Part shown: positions 55,005-64,000 of the stretch, in pieces | How the letters are laid out: each line of letters opens with the position of its first letter | How positions within the stretch are numbered: position 1 is the first letter of the stretch | Assembly (NCBI GenBank): GCA_016218805.1 | Contig: JACRCW010000040.1 | Coordinates: forward strand, 1 to 64,000 | Direction: 5' to 3' | DNA length: 64,000 nucleotides | DNA from: Deltaproteobacteria bacterium | GTDB taxonomy: Bacteria; Myxococcota; JACRCW01 | Translations under genes and position numbers: made by a program | Notes under the pieces: generated by a model | Seen by the model: only the letters and a program-made list of their open reading frames with translations | Database searches by the model: none | Told to the model about the DNA's origin: nothing

Positions 55005-56207
55005 GTGGCCGGCCCCTCCATCTTCCGCGTGCTGCGGCACCGCAACTTCCGCCTGTACTGGGCGGGACAGGGCGTCTCCCTCGTGGGGACGTGGATGCAG
55101 GTCATGGCGCAGGGCTGGGTGCTGACCGGTTTGTCACCGGAGGCCTGGGCCCTGGGGGCGTTCAACGTCGCCGGGTCACTGCCCATGCTGCTGCTGGGCG
55201 CGCGCGGTGGCGAGCTTGCGGACCGGCGGGACAAGCGCGTGATCCTGCTGTGGACGCAGCTGTGCATGATGGCCCTGTCATTGGGGTTCGCGCTGCTCGT
55301 TGCCTCCGGCGCGCTGCTCCTGTGGCACGTGCTGCTGTTCGGCGCGGTCGCCAGCGTGGTGGAGGCGTTTGAGTTTCCCGCGGCACAGGGGTTTGCGCCG
55401 GAACTGGTGGACAAGGAGGACATCCCCGCCGCGGTGGCCATGGTGCAGACGGTGTTCCAGGGAGCCCGGCTGGTTGGTCCTGCGCTCGCGGGCCTGGCCA
55501 TCAAGCACCTGGGCGAGGCCAGCGCGTTTGTGTTCAATGGCCTGAGTTTCTTGGCCGTCATCGGCTGCCTGCTGGCCATACGCCGTCCCCCGGCGCGGCC
55601 CGCCGGCGAACCGGGGGCCCCACCGCGTTTCTCCGAGGGCTGGCGCTACGTGCGCAATGACGGCGTCACCGGCGCCCTGCTGGGCCTGATGGTGCTGGGT
55701 ATGGTGCTGGTGTTCCCGTTCATGGTGATGATGCCGCACCTGGGGCGCCACGTCCTGGGCGCCGACGCGGCGGGGATGGGGGACCTGCTGTCCGCATCGG
55801 GCGTGGGCGCGGTGGTGGGAAGTGTGCTGCTGCTGCGTCTCCCCGCGGAATCCTGGCGGCCGCGCCTGGCGGCCACGGTGGTGGTGTTGGCCGGCTCCCT
55901 GTTTGCGCTGGCGCACGTGCATGCGCTGACCGGCGCGCTCGTCGTGGTGGGCGCGCTCTCCGGGGCGATGGCGGTGCTGATGGGCAGCGTGAACCAAACC
56001 GTGCAGGCGCGCGTGCCCGCCGAGTTGCGCGGCCGCGTCACAGCGGTGTTTGGCATGGCATTCACCAGTGTCCTGCCCTTCAGCGCCATGGCGCTCTCCC
56101 TCGCCGCCGACGCGGTGGGCATGGCCCTGCTCCTGCAAGGATGCGCGGGGCTGTTCCTGTTGGCGGGTGCCGCCGTCCTCACGGCCGCCCACCGCGCGCG
56201 CGATTGA
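55005..56207 (+). CDS. MFS transporter (MFS_3 / DHA3-like)
   Basis: LRHRNFRLYWAGQGVSLVGTWMQ, GGELADRRDKR, ARLVGPALAG, VPAELRGRV; about 12 TM segments. Confidence 0.92.
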   Translation: MAGPSIFRVLRHRNFRLYWAGQGVSLVGTWMQVMAQGWVLTGLSPEAWALGAFNVAGSLPMLLLGARGGELADRRDKRVILLWTQLCMMALSLGFALLVASGALLLWHVLLFGAVASVVEAFEFPAAQGFAPELVDKEDIPAAVAMVQTVFQGARLVGPALAGLAIKHLGEASAFVFNGLSFLAVIGCLLAIRRPPARPAGEPGAPPRFSEGWRYVRNDGVTGALLGLMVLGMVLVFPFMVMMPHLGRHVLGADAAGMGDLLSASGVGAVVGSVLLLRLPAESWRPRLAATVVVLAGSLFALAHVHALTGALVVVGALSGAMAVLMGSVNQTVQARVPAELRGRVTAVFGMAFTSVLPFSAMALSLAADAVGMALLLQGCAGLFLLAGAAVLTAAHRARD

Positions 56208-56231
56208 GGGTGGGTGAATCGCCCGGGCAGC

Positions 56232-58220
56232 TCACGCTCCGCGGCACCGGGCCCCTGACCCGCAGAACGCGCGCCGCCGCCGCCAGGCCAGCGCGCTCAC
56301 GCCAACCAGCCACCACGGTGCGCCACGGCCCACGCGCGTGGCCGCACAACCCGCGCGCGGGGGCGGCACGGTGGGCTCAGGGGCGGACGACGCGGAGCTT
56401 GCAGTGGGTGCCGGTGATGACGACCCGGCCGCGGAGGACGCGGATGAACCGCCGCCGCTGCTCGCCGCGCCGCCATCCAGCGGCGGTGCTGGCGTGCACG
56501 TCCCGGCGCTGCAACGCCAGCCGGCGCCGCAGTCCTCATCACCGCGGCACCCGGGACAGCTCCCCGCGTCACAGAACACGGGCACCTCCACCAGCACCTC
56601 CGCGCTGGCCATCAGGTGCCCAAAGTGCGGCGCCGCCACGTCCTCCAGCGGTGACCCGTGGCCCGTCTGGGTCCAGCCCTTCTGCAGCACCAGCGCGCGC
56701 CATGCGCGGCGGTAGATGACGCGCGCGCGCACGTGGATGTTGCCGCCACCGGCGGGCGCTTGGAATTCGTACGCGGTCACGTCCGCCTGCAGCGGCGCCA
56801 GGCGGTTGTCGTCGACAATCGCCGTGGCCTCCGTGAAGAACACCGGGGCGTTGCCCGCTTCATCCCGCGCAACCTTGGCATACAGGCGGCCGGGCATCCC
56901 CGCGTAGTCCCCGCGGGCGGGGTCACCCAGCCCGCCCAGCGCGTGCACCGTGGGACCGCCCAGGAACGCCAGCGGCGCGCTCCCCGGTGTGCGCCACGCC
57001 TCCACCACCAGCACCACGTTGCGCATGGTCACGCCCGTCGGAACGCGGTGCCCGGCGCGGTCATTCACCAGCGTCACAGTGGCAACAATCCGCCCGTCCA
57101 GCAGGCGCGCCTGCAGCGCCAGGGACACCGCGTGGTCCAGGTAGCGCGCGCTCGTTCCCTCCAGGCGGTGGTCCGTCACGTCGCCCAGCGGGCGGAACAG
57201 CACCGGCCCCAGCACCCCGCACGCCTGCCGGTCGGGGAGCGCGGGCATGTGGCAGTCCGCGCAGGTGGCGTGCAGCGGCGAGTCCGGATCGCCGTACGGC
57301 GACTCCTTCCACTCCAGGTAGGTCGGCTCGCTCACCACGCCGTCGTCCTCCTCAAAGTCCCCGTCCCCGTCGGGATCGTTCTTGTCCTGGTGGCAGGTGG
57401 CGCACAGCGCAGCGGGCAGCTGCGGCTGGTAGCTGGCGCGCATCAGGCCCTCCTGGCGGTAGGTGACATCTCCCAGCGCGCCGTATTCCACGTTCCACCC
57501 GTCATACGGGCGCGTCACCTCCACCACGCCCGGCCACATGCCGGGAAAGTTGGGCCGCGTCTCATCCACGCGGGCCACCTTGTGGCACACGTCACACGCC
57601 ACGCCCATGGCGACGTCACCGTCTGCCGCGGACAGGGGCGACAGCGGCGTGTACGGATTCTTCAGCCAGGCCACCGGCTGGTGGCACGCGCGGCATTCGC
57701 TGGCCGGGTTGGTTCCCGCGTGGATGGAATCCCGCGTGTAGACGAACCCACCCGCCCCGCCGTCCGTGCCGCTGCCGTCATACAGGTCATACACCCAGCG
57801 GTTGGTCCCCGCGTGCGCCATGGCGGAATCCCGCCACGCCGGCGCCTGCCGCGTGTGGCAGTTCCCGCACGTGTCCGGCCGCAGGAACGCGTAGGCGGCG
57901 TTGTCACCCACGGGGACCGGGTCCAGCGCCAGCTCCATCCCCACGCGCGGCGCCACCACGTCCGCCCCGGCGTTGAAGTAGCCCACGCGGCCCGCCACCA
58001 CCTTGACGCGTGCCCCGTCGTCCACGGCCAGCCGGAAGGTGCCGTCTGCGTCCGTCGTCACTTCGGTGGCCGTGGCCTGCAGGGTCACCCGCGCGCCGGC
58101 CACTGGCAGGCGGGTTGGCCCGTCCAGCACCACGCCGGAAACCTGGGCCGCGGCCGGTAGGGCCGCCGCCATCCCCGCCATCCCCACCACCAACACGCAG
58201 CCTCTGGCGTGGCCCGCCAT
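56232..58220 (-). CDS. Exported pentaheme c-type cytochrome with carboxypeptidase-regulatory-like N-domain and MYXO-CTERM-like tail
   Basis: Signal peptide; VSGVVLD...PVAGARV...TTDADGTF; CGNCH, CRACH, CDVCH, CATCH, CADCH; AGHRVPTG; C-terminal GCAA...WWLVGVSALAWRRRR. Confidence 0.88.
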   Translation of the reverse strand: MAGHARGCVLVVGMAGMAAALPAAAQVSGVVLDGPTRLPVAGARVTLQATATEVTTDADGTFRLAVDDGARVKVVAGRVGYFNAGADVVAPRVGMELALDPVPVGDNAAYAFLRPDTCGNCHTRQAPAWRDSAMAHAGTNRWVYDLYDGSGTDGGAGGFVYTRDSIHAGTNPASECRACHQPVAWLKNPYTPLSPLSAADGDVAMGVACDVCHKVARVDETRPNFPGMWPGVVEVTRPYDGWNVEYGALGDVTYRQEGLMRASYQPQLPAALCATCHQDKNDPDGDGDFEEDDGVVSEPTYLEWKESPYGDPDSPLHATCADCHMPALPDRQACGVLGPVLFRPLGDVTDHRLEGTSARYLDHAVSLALQARLLDGRIVATVTLVNDRAGHRVPTGVTMRNVVLVVEAWRTPGSAPLAFLGGPTVHALGGLGDPARGDYAGMPGRLYAKVARDEAGNAPVFFTEATAIVDDNRLAPLQADVTAYEFQAPAGGGNIHVRARVIYRRAWRALVLQKGWTQTGHGSPLEDVAAPHFGHLMASAEVLVEVPVFCDAGSCPGCRGDEDCGAGWRCSAGTCTPAPPLDGGAASSGGGSSASSAAGSSSPAPTASSASSAPEPTVPPPRAGCAATRVGRGAPWWLVGVSALAWRRRRAFCGSGARCRGA

Positions 58221-58386
58221 CCCGGGGACGTCCTCTCCAATCCTACGGCGGGAGCACGCCCGCGCCGCCAGCAATCTGGGTCCACCGGTGCGCGGCACGC
58301 AACCTGGGGCCACATTGCGCCCTGCCGCCCGCTCACGTATGGCGCCGCCCCGACGACGGCGCGCCCGTGCGCGCCACAGGTGAAGC

Positions 58387-59637
58387 ATGACGGGCGCGCT
58401 CACCCATACGCTGGAGGCTCGGCTGGCCCAGGCGGTCCCGGACGCGGATGAACGCGTGCGCGTGACCCGGCTGCTGGAGTCCTGCATGCGCGCCATCGCG
58501 GACATGTCCCGCATGGATGAGTCGCTCTACGAGCGGCTCGCCGCCGGCGAGGGGTCACTGCTGGCGCAGCAGGAGGCCGGCGCGCTGCTGCTGCAGCTGG
58601 CGGCGGTGACCCTGGACGGCCTGGGTGAGCTGGTGGGCGTGCTGTCCCGCGAGGGCTACCTGCAGGCGCTGCCCGGCAGCACCACGCTGCCGGATGACCT
58701 GGAGTTTGACCTGGGCGGCGGGCACGCACCGGAGCCCGCGCAGCTGGGACTGGACGAGCTGGACATTGACGGCGCGCTCGCCGGGCTGTCGCCAGCACAG
58801 GAGAGCAGCGCGCGGCGCACCCAGGAAGTGGCCGAAGCGGCGCGCTCCATCGGGTACGGAATACAAAGCCAGCTGGACGGGTTCTACCGGCGGTTTGACG
58901 CCGCCGTCCGCGGTGGCCATCTGGGGCAGGCCATGGAGGACCTGGATGACACGCGCAACGCCACCGGCGACGGAGTGTTTGCGCTCATCACCGCGGTGAT
59001 GAAGGCGTACCTGCCGGAGCTGTCGCCGGACGTGGTGGTGCCCACGCACCGCAGCACGCTGCAGCGCGCCCTGCTGGTGCGCATTGGCGTGGCGGACCTG
59101 TGCCGCCTGGTGGAGCGGGACAACGGCATCTTCCAGGACGCCGCCGGCGCGCGCGCGGACCAGGAGGGAGCGCTGGCGCGCCTGTGCCACACGCTGGAGA
59201 ACTACATCGCCTCGGAGGCCTTCCGGATGATGCGCCCCGCGGACCGCTGGGAGCTGAGCAAGGCGCTCACTGCGCTCAACGCCGGCGGGCCCGGGCTGGC
59301 CACGCGCCAGGCCGCGGAGGGACTGGCCAAGTTCCTGGACAGCCTGTCTTCCATCAACCAACGGGACGCGCTGCGCCGGCATGACCTGGAGGTCCTGCGG
59401 GAGTTGGAGCAGGCGCTGGACGCCGCCCGTGACGTGGCCGGCGTCAGCTTCTCCGGCGCCATGAGCCTGGTGCAGCAGGCGCAGGCGCTGGCCGTCCGCC
59501 TGTACGGTCTCAGCCGCGAACTGGACCTGCTGCTCATCCGCTGGCGCCTGGACCCGCCCCAGCTCAACCGCCCGGGAGACCTGGAGCAGGTTGTCAGCCA
59601 ACTGGGCGCCCTGGTGCGCGCACACGCCCGGAGTTGA
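58387..59637 (+). CDS. Hypothetical all-alpha cytoplasmic protein
   Basis: 416-aa ORF with strong GC3 bias, Leu/Ala/Glu/Arg-rich helices and an acidic linker DDLEFDL...LDELDID. Confidence 0.8.
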   Translation: MTGALTHTLEARLAQAVPDADERVRVTRLLESCMRAIADMSRMDESLYERLAAGEGSLLAQQEAGALLLQLAAVTLDGLGELVGVLSREGYLQALPGSTTLPDDLEFDLGGGHAPEPAQLGLDELDIDGALAGLSPAQESSARRTQEVAEAARSIGYGIQSQLDGFYRRFDAAVRGGHLGQAMEDLDDTRNATGDGVFALITAVMKAYLPELSPDVVVPTHRSTLQRALLVRIGVADLCRLVERDNGIFQDAAGARADQEGALARLCHTLENYIASEAFRMMRPADRWELSKALTALNAGGPGLATRQAAEGLAKFLDSLSSINQRDALRRHDLEVLRELEQALDAARDVAGVSFSGAMSLVQQAQALAVRLYGLSRELDLLLIRWRLDPPQLNRPGDLEQVVSQLGALVRAHARS

Positions 59638-59694
59638 CCGCCGGATCCCGCACGCACGCTTGCCGCGCACCCGCTCACCGGGGAGATACCCGTC

Positions 59695-60261
59695 ATGGCC
59701 GGCTACGAAGTGAAGGGGTTTCATTTCCGCGGCATCCTGGCGGCGCTGGAGTCCGAAGGCCTCACCGCAGAGGTCCGCGACCGGCTGGCGCCGGGCGAGG
59801 CCGCGTTCATGGAGCGGCCGCCGTTGCCGGGCGCATGGGTGGAGGGGCGCGTGATGGACGCCATCAGCGAAGCCGTGCTGGCACTGCGCGGCCCGCAGGT
59901 GCTGCGGCGCGTCCACAAGCTCGCCGTGAACCGGGGCGCCATGACGGTCCTGCGGCCGGTGGTGGAGTCGGTGATGCGTGTGCTGGGCGTGTCCCCCGGC
60001 ACGCTGCTGGCGCAGCTCAACACGCTGCAGGGCGCGGCTGCGCGCGGCATTGAGCACCGGTTTGAGGCGCGCGGTCCCGCCGAGGGCGTGCTGGCGACGT
60101 CCGTGGTGGGCAACGTGCCGGACTCGTTCTTTGAGGGCACAGCGGGCAGCATGGAGGCGCTGTGCACCCTGTGCGGCGTGACCCCGTTGATTTCCGCGCC
60201 GGAGGTGACGCGCACCGCGGACCGCACCACGGGGCGGTTGCAGCTGAGCTGGCGGCGGTGA
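59695..60261 (+). CDS. Hypothetical protein resembling the myxobacterial DUF2378/TIGR02265-like family
   Basis: GGAG RBS; EVKGFHF, PLPGAWV, FFEG...EALC, terminal LQLSW. Confidence 0.6.
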   Translation: MAGYEVKGFHFRGILAALESEGLTAEVRDRLAPGEAAFMERPPLPGAWVEGRVMDAISEAVLALRGPQVLRRVHKLAVNRGAMTVLRPVVESVMRVLGVSPGTLLAQLNTLQGAAARGIEHRFEARGPAEGVLATSVVGNVPDSFFEGTAGSMEALCTLCGVTPLISAPEVTRTADRTTGRLQLSWRR

Positions 60262-60278
60262 CCCGCCCGCCGGTGGCG

Positions 60279-62375
60279 TCAGTACCGCGCCAGGTCCCGC
60301 AGGGCCGCCACCACCTGCTGCGGCTGCACCAGCGTGGCGTTCTCCAGGATGCGGTTGAAGGCCACGCCGGCCGCGTCCTTGCTGGCCAGCCGGCGCACGG
60401 GCGCATCCAGGAACTCAAACGCCTTCTCCGCCGCCAGGGCCGCCACCTCGCCGCCCAGGCCGCCAAACAGGCGGTCTTCGTGCAGCACCAGCAGCTTCCC
60501 GGTCTTCTTCACCGTTGCCAGGATGGCCGCCTCGTCCAGGGGGCGCACGCAGCGCAGGTCCACCACCTCCACGCTGATGCCTTCCGGCTCCAGCGCCTTG
60601 GCCGCCTCCAGCGCAAAATGCACGGTATTGCCGTACGTGACCACGGAGACGTCCGTGCCCTCGCGGCGCACGCGCGCCTGGCCCAGCGGGATGCAGTGGT
60701 CCGGGCCCAGGTTGGGACCGCGCGCCTCCGGGCGGTTGTACAGGTACTTGGGCTCCAGGAAGAAGGTGACCCCGCGGGACCGGACGGCCGTGCGCAGCAG
60801 ACCCGCCGCATCATCCGCAAATGCCGGGGCAATGACGCGCACGCCGGGCAGCGTGCCCAGGATGCCCTCCACGTTCTGCGAGTGATACGGCCCCCCGCCA
60901 ATGTACCCGCCCGAGGCCAGCCGGCACACCACATTGGGCACGAATTGCCCATTGGTGCGCCAGTATTCATGGCTGATCTCCACCACCTGTTCCATGGCGG
61001 GCCACACGTAATCAGCGAATTGCGCCGCCTCAATGACGACGTGAATCTTGGGGTCATAGCGGCACATGCCGTTGGCGGTGGCCACAATGTAATTCTCGGC
61101 AATGGGCCCGTTGAACACGCGCCCCGGCCCAAACTCCGCCTGCATCCCCTTGGTCAGGTTGAACACCCCGCCCTTGTCCTTGCTGGCCACGTCCTGGCCC
61201 CACAGGAACGTGTCCGGGTTTCTCCGGAATTCCTCCAGCATCGTGCGGGTGATCGCTTCGCGCAGTTTCTCTTCCTTTCCACCGTCACGCGGAGCGTCCA
61301 GCGCCGCGGGCGCGTAGGGCTCCGGCACATTGAACTGCAGCACGGTGGCCGGATCGGGCTCCGCGCTGGCCTCACCCTGTGCGCAGGCCTGCTCCACCTC
61401 GGCCAGCACCTCGGCTTCAATCTCGCGCAGCGCCTTGTCATCCGCAAAGCCGTGGCTCAGCGCGGTGGCGCGCAGCCGCGCCAGCGGGTCATACCGCTCC
61501 GCGTCCTTGATCTCCTCGGGGCTGCGGTACAGCTCGTGCGCGTCGCTGTTGGAATGTGCGCCCATGCGGACGCACGCGGCGTTGATGACCACCGGCCCGC
61601 CGCCGCGCCGCACGTGCTCCACCGCGTCGTGCATCGCGCGCGTGGAGTCAAAGATGTCCGTGCCGTCACACATGACCAGCTTCAGCCCCTTCAGGCCGCG
61701 GAAGTTCTCCGCAACAACCTCGTTGGCGGTCTGGTCAGACGTGGGCACGGAGATGCCATAGCCGTTGGCCTGCAGCACAAAGATGGCGGGCACCCGTTCA
61801 CGGCTGGCGCCGTTGAGCGCCTCAAACACGTAGCCTTCGGACGCGGAGGATTCCCCCTGGCTGCTGAACACCACCGCGTCTGATTTGTAGTACTTCACCG
61901 CGCGCGCCAGCCCCGCCGCCTGCGAGGCATGGTTGCCCGTGCAGGACGACACGTTCTGGATGCCAATGGCGGGCTTGCCGAAGTGGTTGGACATCCCGCG
62001 GCCGCCGCTGCACACGTCCGCCGCTTTGGACAGGCCATTGAGCACAATCTCCAGCGGGGTGAGCCCCGCGGCCACGGTGGTGGCCATGTCGCGGTAGTAC
62101 GGGAACAGGAAGTCCTTGTTGGCGCGGAAGGCCAGACCCAGGGCCACCTGGATGCCTTCGTGGCCGGCGCAGCGTGCCAGGTAGCTCCAGCCCTTGCCCA
62201 GGCGAATGAACTTGCTGGCGCGGTCCTCCAACTGCCGCGTGAGGAACATGAGCCGGTACCAGTGCCGGACTTCCTGGGCGGTGGCCTTGTACGCCTTGAC
62301 CTTCAGGGGCGGCAGTTCGGCGTGGGCGGCGTGGGCCGGCTTGTCCGCGGACTTGGTGTTCTCAGTGGCAACCAT
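60279..62375 (-). CDS. 2-oxoacid dehydrogenase E1, fused alpha/beta subunits (branched-chain type-like)
   Basis: AGHEG, FPYYRD, GESSASEG...N, AHSNSD, GQDV, PIAE, EAAQFADY, GGPYHSQ, VVDLR, KTGK. Confidence 0.93.
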   Translation of the reverse strand: MVATENTKSADKPAHAAHAELPPLKVKAYKATAQEVRHWYRLMFLTRQLEDRASKFIRLGKGWSYLARCAGHEGIQVALGLAFRANKDFLFPYYRDMATTVAAGLTPLEIVLNGLSKAADVCSGGRGMSNHFGKPAIGIQNVSSCTGNHASQAAGLARAVKYYKSDAVVFSSQGESSASEGYVFEALNGASRERVPAIFVLQANGYGISVPTSDQTANEVVAENFRGLKGLKLVMCDGTDIFDSTRAMHDAVEHVRRGGGPVVINAACVRMGAHSNSDAHELYRSPEEIKDAERYDPLARLRATALSHGFADDKALREIEAEVLAEVEQACAQGEASAEPDPATVLQFNVPEPYAPAALDAPRDGGKEEKLREAITRTMLEEFRRNPDTFLWGQDVASKDKGGVFNLTKGMQAEFGPGRVFNGPIAENYIVATANGMCRYDPKIHVVIEAAQFADYVWPAMEQVVEISHEYWRTNGQFVPNVVCRLASGGYIGGGPYHSQNVEGILGTLPGVRVIAPAFADDAAGLLRTAVRSRGVTFFLEPKYLYNRPEARGPNLGPDHCIPLGQARVRREGTDVSVVTYGNTVHFALEAAKALEPEGISVEVVDLRCVRPLDEAAILATVKKTGKLLVLHEDRLFGGLGGEVAALAAEKAFEFLDAPVRRLASKDAAGVAFNRILENATLVQPQQVVAALRDLARY

Positions 62376-62509
62376 GGTGAATCCATCTGCCCCCGCGTTG
62401 GGGGGCGCCGTGTTGGGTCGTTTGAAGGGCGGGGGAACCTAGAGAACGGCCCCACCCTCCGCAACACCCACCCGCGCGTTGGCACGCCCTGCGGCGGACG
62501 CCGGCCCCC

Positions 62510-63202
62510 TCAGGTCCCCGCGTCCGCATCATGACGACGGCAGCGGTTCTCCCCGGACACCTGGGCCGCGCGCGCCGGCACCCGCGCCGCGGACCGTTCC
62601 GCGTCCCGCCGCGCCTGCGCCCGGGTGCCCCCGCAGCCCGGACGCGTGGCCAGCACCTCCGCCGCGGTGCGCCCCTCCCCGTCCCGGCCAAACGCGTCCA
62701 GCGTCTCCGCCACCGACAGCACGCACTGCAGGTCCCAGACGCGCTCTGCGTCAGCGTCCAGGACCCACAGCGCATGCGCGTCCGTGGGCCAGGTGAACGG
62801 TTCGGGGGGGTCCATGCCGCAGGTCACCGCGTATTGGGACGGGTCATCCGGGCCCTCCACGCGGCCGGCGTAGACCGCACGCGGCACCGGCCCAAACAAC
62901 GCCGTCAACGTCTCCAGCACGCGCTGGGGCAACAGCAGCCGCCCCACCTCCAGGCGGCCCACCCAGTCCTCCACCGGGAGCACGTCCATGCGTTCAAACT
63001 CCGCGCTGGACGCGCACCAGGTCAGCACCGCGCAGTTGGTGGCGCGCGTCAGCGCAATGACGCCAATGACGTGCGCTTCATCCAGGGTGCTGTCCGCCAG
63101 CACCGGCGCCGGCGGCCCCGCGTCCACGCTCCCGCCGCCCCCACCGCTGCAGGACCACAGCGCCAGCACGAGGGCGGTGGACGGCGGGACGCGGCAGCGC
63201 AT
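62510..63202 (-). CDS. Hypothetical lipoprotein
   Basis: MRCRVPPSTALVLALWS-C lipobox followed by GGGGG; GC3-biased frame. Confidence 0.6.
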   Translation of the reverse strand: MRCRVPPSTALVLALWSCSGGGGGSVDAGPPAPVLADSTLDEAHVIGVIALTRATNCAVLTWCASSAEFERMDVLPVEDWVGRLEVGRLLLPQRVLETLTALFGPVPRAVYAGRVEGPDDPSQYAVTCGMDPPEPFTWPTDAHALWVLDADAERVWDLQCVLSVAETLDAFGRDGEGRTAAEVLATRPGCGGTRAQARRDAERSAARVPARAAQVSGENRCRRHDADAGT

Positions 63203-63289
63203 GGGCGGCAGTGTAGAAGGGGAGGAACGGGGCGCAAGCGGGCGAACCGCCCCGCAGGCGGGCGGCACCGCCGGGCCGGAGGCATGGGC

Positions 63290-64000
63290 ATGGCACGGGT
63301 GGTGGTCAGCGGGGCAACCGGGCTGGTGGGGTCCGCGCTGGTGCGCGCGCTGCACGCGCGCGGTGACACGGTGGTGGTGCTGGCGCGGGACCCGTCCCGC
63401 CTGGCGCTGCCGCATGAGGTGGCGTTCCGCTGGGACGGCCTGCGGGAGCCGCCCCCGGGCGAGGCGCTGGCCGGCGCGGACGCCCTGGTGCACCTGCTGG
63501 GCGAGCCCATTGCGGGCGCGCGGTGGAGCCCGGCGGTCAAGCAGAGGATCCTGGACAGCCGCGTGCGTTCCACGGGCGAGCTGGTGGCGGCACTGCGGTC
63601 CAGTGCGGCACGCCCCGGCGCGCTGGTGTGCGCGTCCGCCACGGGGTTCTACGGAGACCGGGGTGACGAGGAGCTGGACGAGCACAGCGCGCCGGGAGAC
63701 GACTTCCTGGCGCGCGTGTGCGGGGCGTGGGAGGCAGAGGCCACGGCGGCGGAGCAGCTGGGAGTGCGCCGCGTGTCGCTGCGGCTGGGCGTGGTGCTGG
63801 CCCGCCGCGGTGGCGCGCTGGAGCGGATGCTGCCGGTGTTCCGGCTGGGCCTGGGAGGGCGGCTGGGGCACGGCCGGCAGTACTTCCCGTGGATCCACCT
63901 GGATGACCTGGTGGCCCTGTTGCTGCGCGCCGTGGATGACGCCGCGTGGTCCGGCCCGGTGAACGCGGTGGCGCCCGGGGCCGCCACCAACGCGCGCTTC
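63290..64000 (+). CDS. TIGR01777-family NAD-dependent epimerase/oxidoreductase (runs off the window end; absent from the ORF track)
   Basis: GGAGG RBS at 63278-63282. Read by eye: MARVVVSGATGLVG, VHLLGEPI...RW, SRV, SATGFYG, FLARVCGAWE, RLGVVL, FRLGLGG, GRQYFPWIHLDD, GPVNAVAP. Confidence 0.9.
   Translation, partial: MARVVVSGATGLVGSALVRALHARGDTVVVLARDPSRLALPHEVAFRWDGLREPPPGEALAGADALVHLLGEPIAGARWSPAVKQRILDSRVRSTGELVAALRSSAARPGALVCASATGFYGDRGDEELDEHSAPGDDFLARVCGAWEAEATAAEQLGVRRVSLRLGVVLARRGGALERMLPVFRLGLGGRLGHGRQYFPWIHLDDLVALLLRAVDDAAWSGPVNAVAPGAATNARF

Noticed and set aside
62479..62495. TTGGCACG as a sigma-54 promoter
   Set aside because: No GC at the -12 position, and it points away from the adjacent gene start.

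Overview
A 64-kb, very GC-rich bacterial chromosomal segment, probably from a Myxococcota-like organism. This is inferred from a MYXO-CTERM-like sorting tail, two Ser/Thr kinases, Cys-rich lipoproteins and a TIGR02265-like protein. About 52 real CDSs are present; most long ORFs in the track are GC-rich shadow frames. Core content: pepF, a class V aminotransferase, lptA-lptB-rpoN, a 16-kb divergent menaquinone + shikimate supercluster (menFDHBACE, polyprenyl synthase and GbsR-like regulator leftward; aroF-menG-aroK-aroD/E-aroC-aroB-aroA rightward), REC-EAL, tRNA-Ser(TGA) with a small decayed toxin/immunity/vapBC islet at its 3' end, a pentaheme surface cytochrome and a fused E1 alpha/beta 2-oxoacid dehydrogenase. 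The most unusual signal is a non-coding array at about 11032-11345: 15 copies of an SGTGACCCC core at a 21-23 bp period (mean 21.8 bp, about two helical turns) with variable spacers. It lies immediately upstream of an uncharacterised, internally duplicated all-helical protein gene (11416-12216). Other notable points: a lipoprotein ending in three Perforin-2/MPEG1 P2-like repeats, a giant split CYTH-like protein, and strong context-dependent TCG/TCGA avoidance in native genes that marks out foreign DNA. All family calls come from motif recognition by eye, not database searches.
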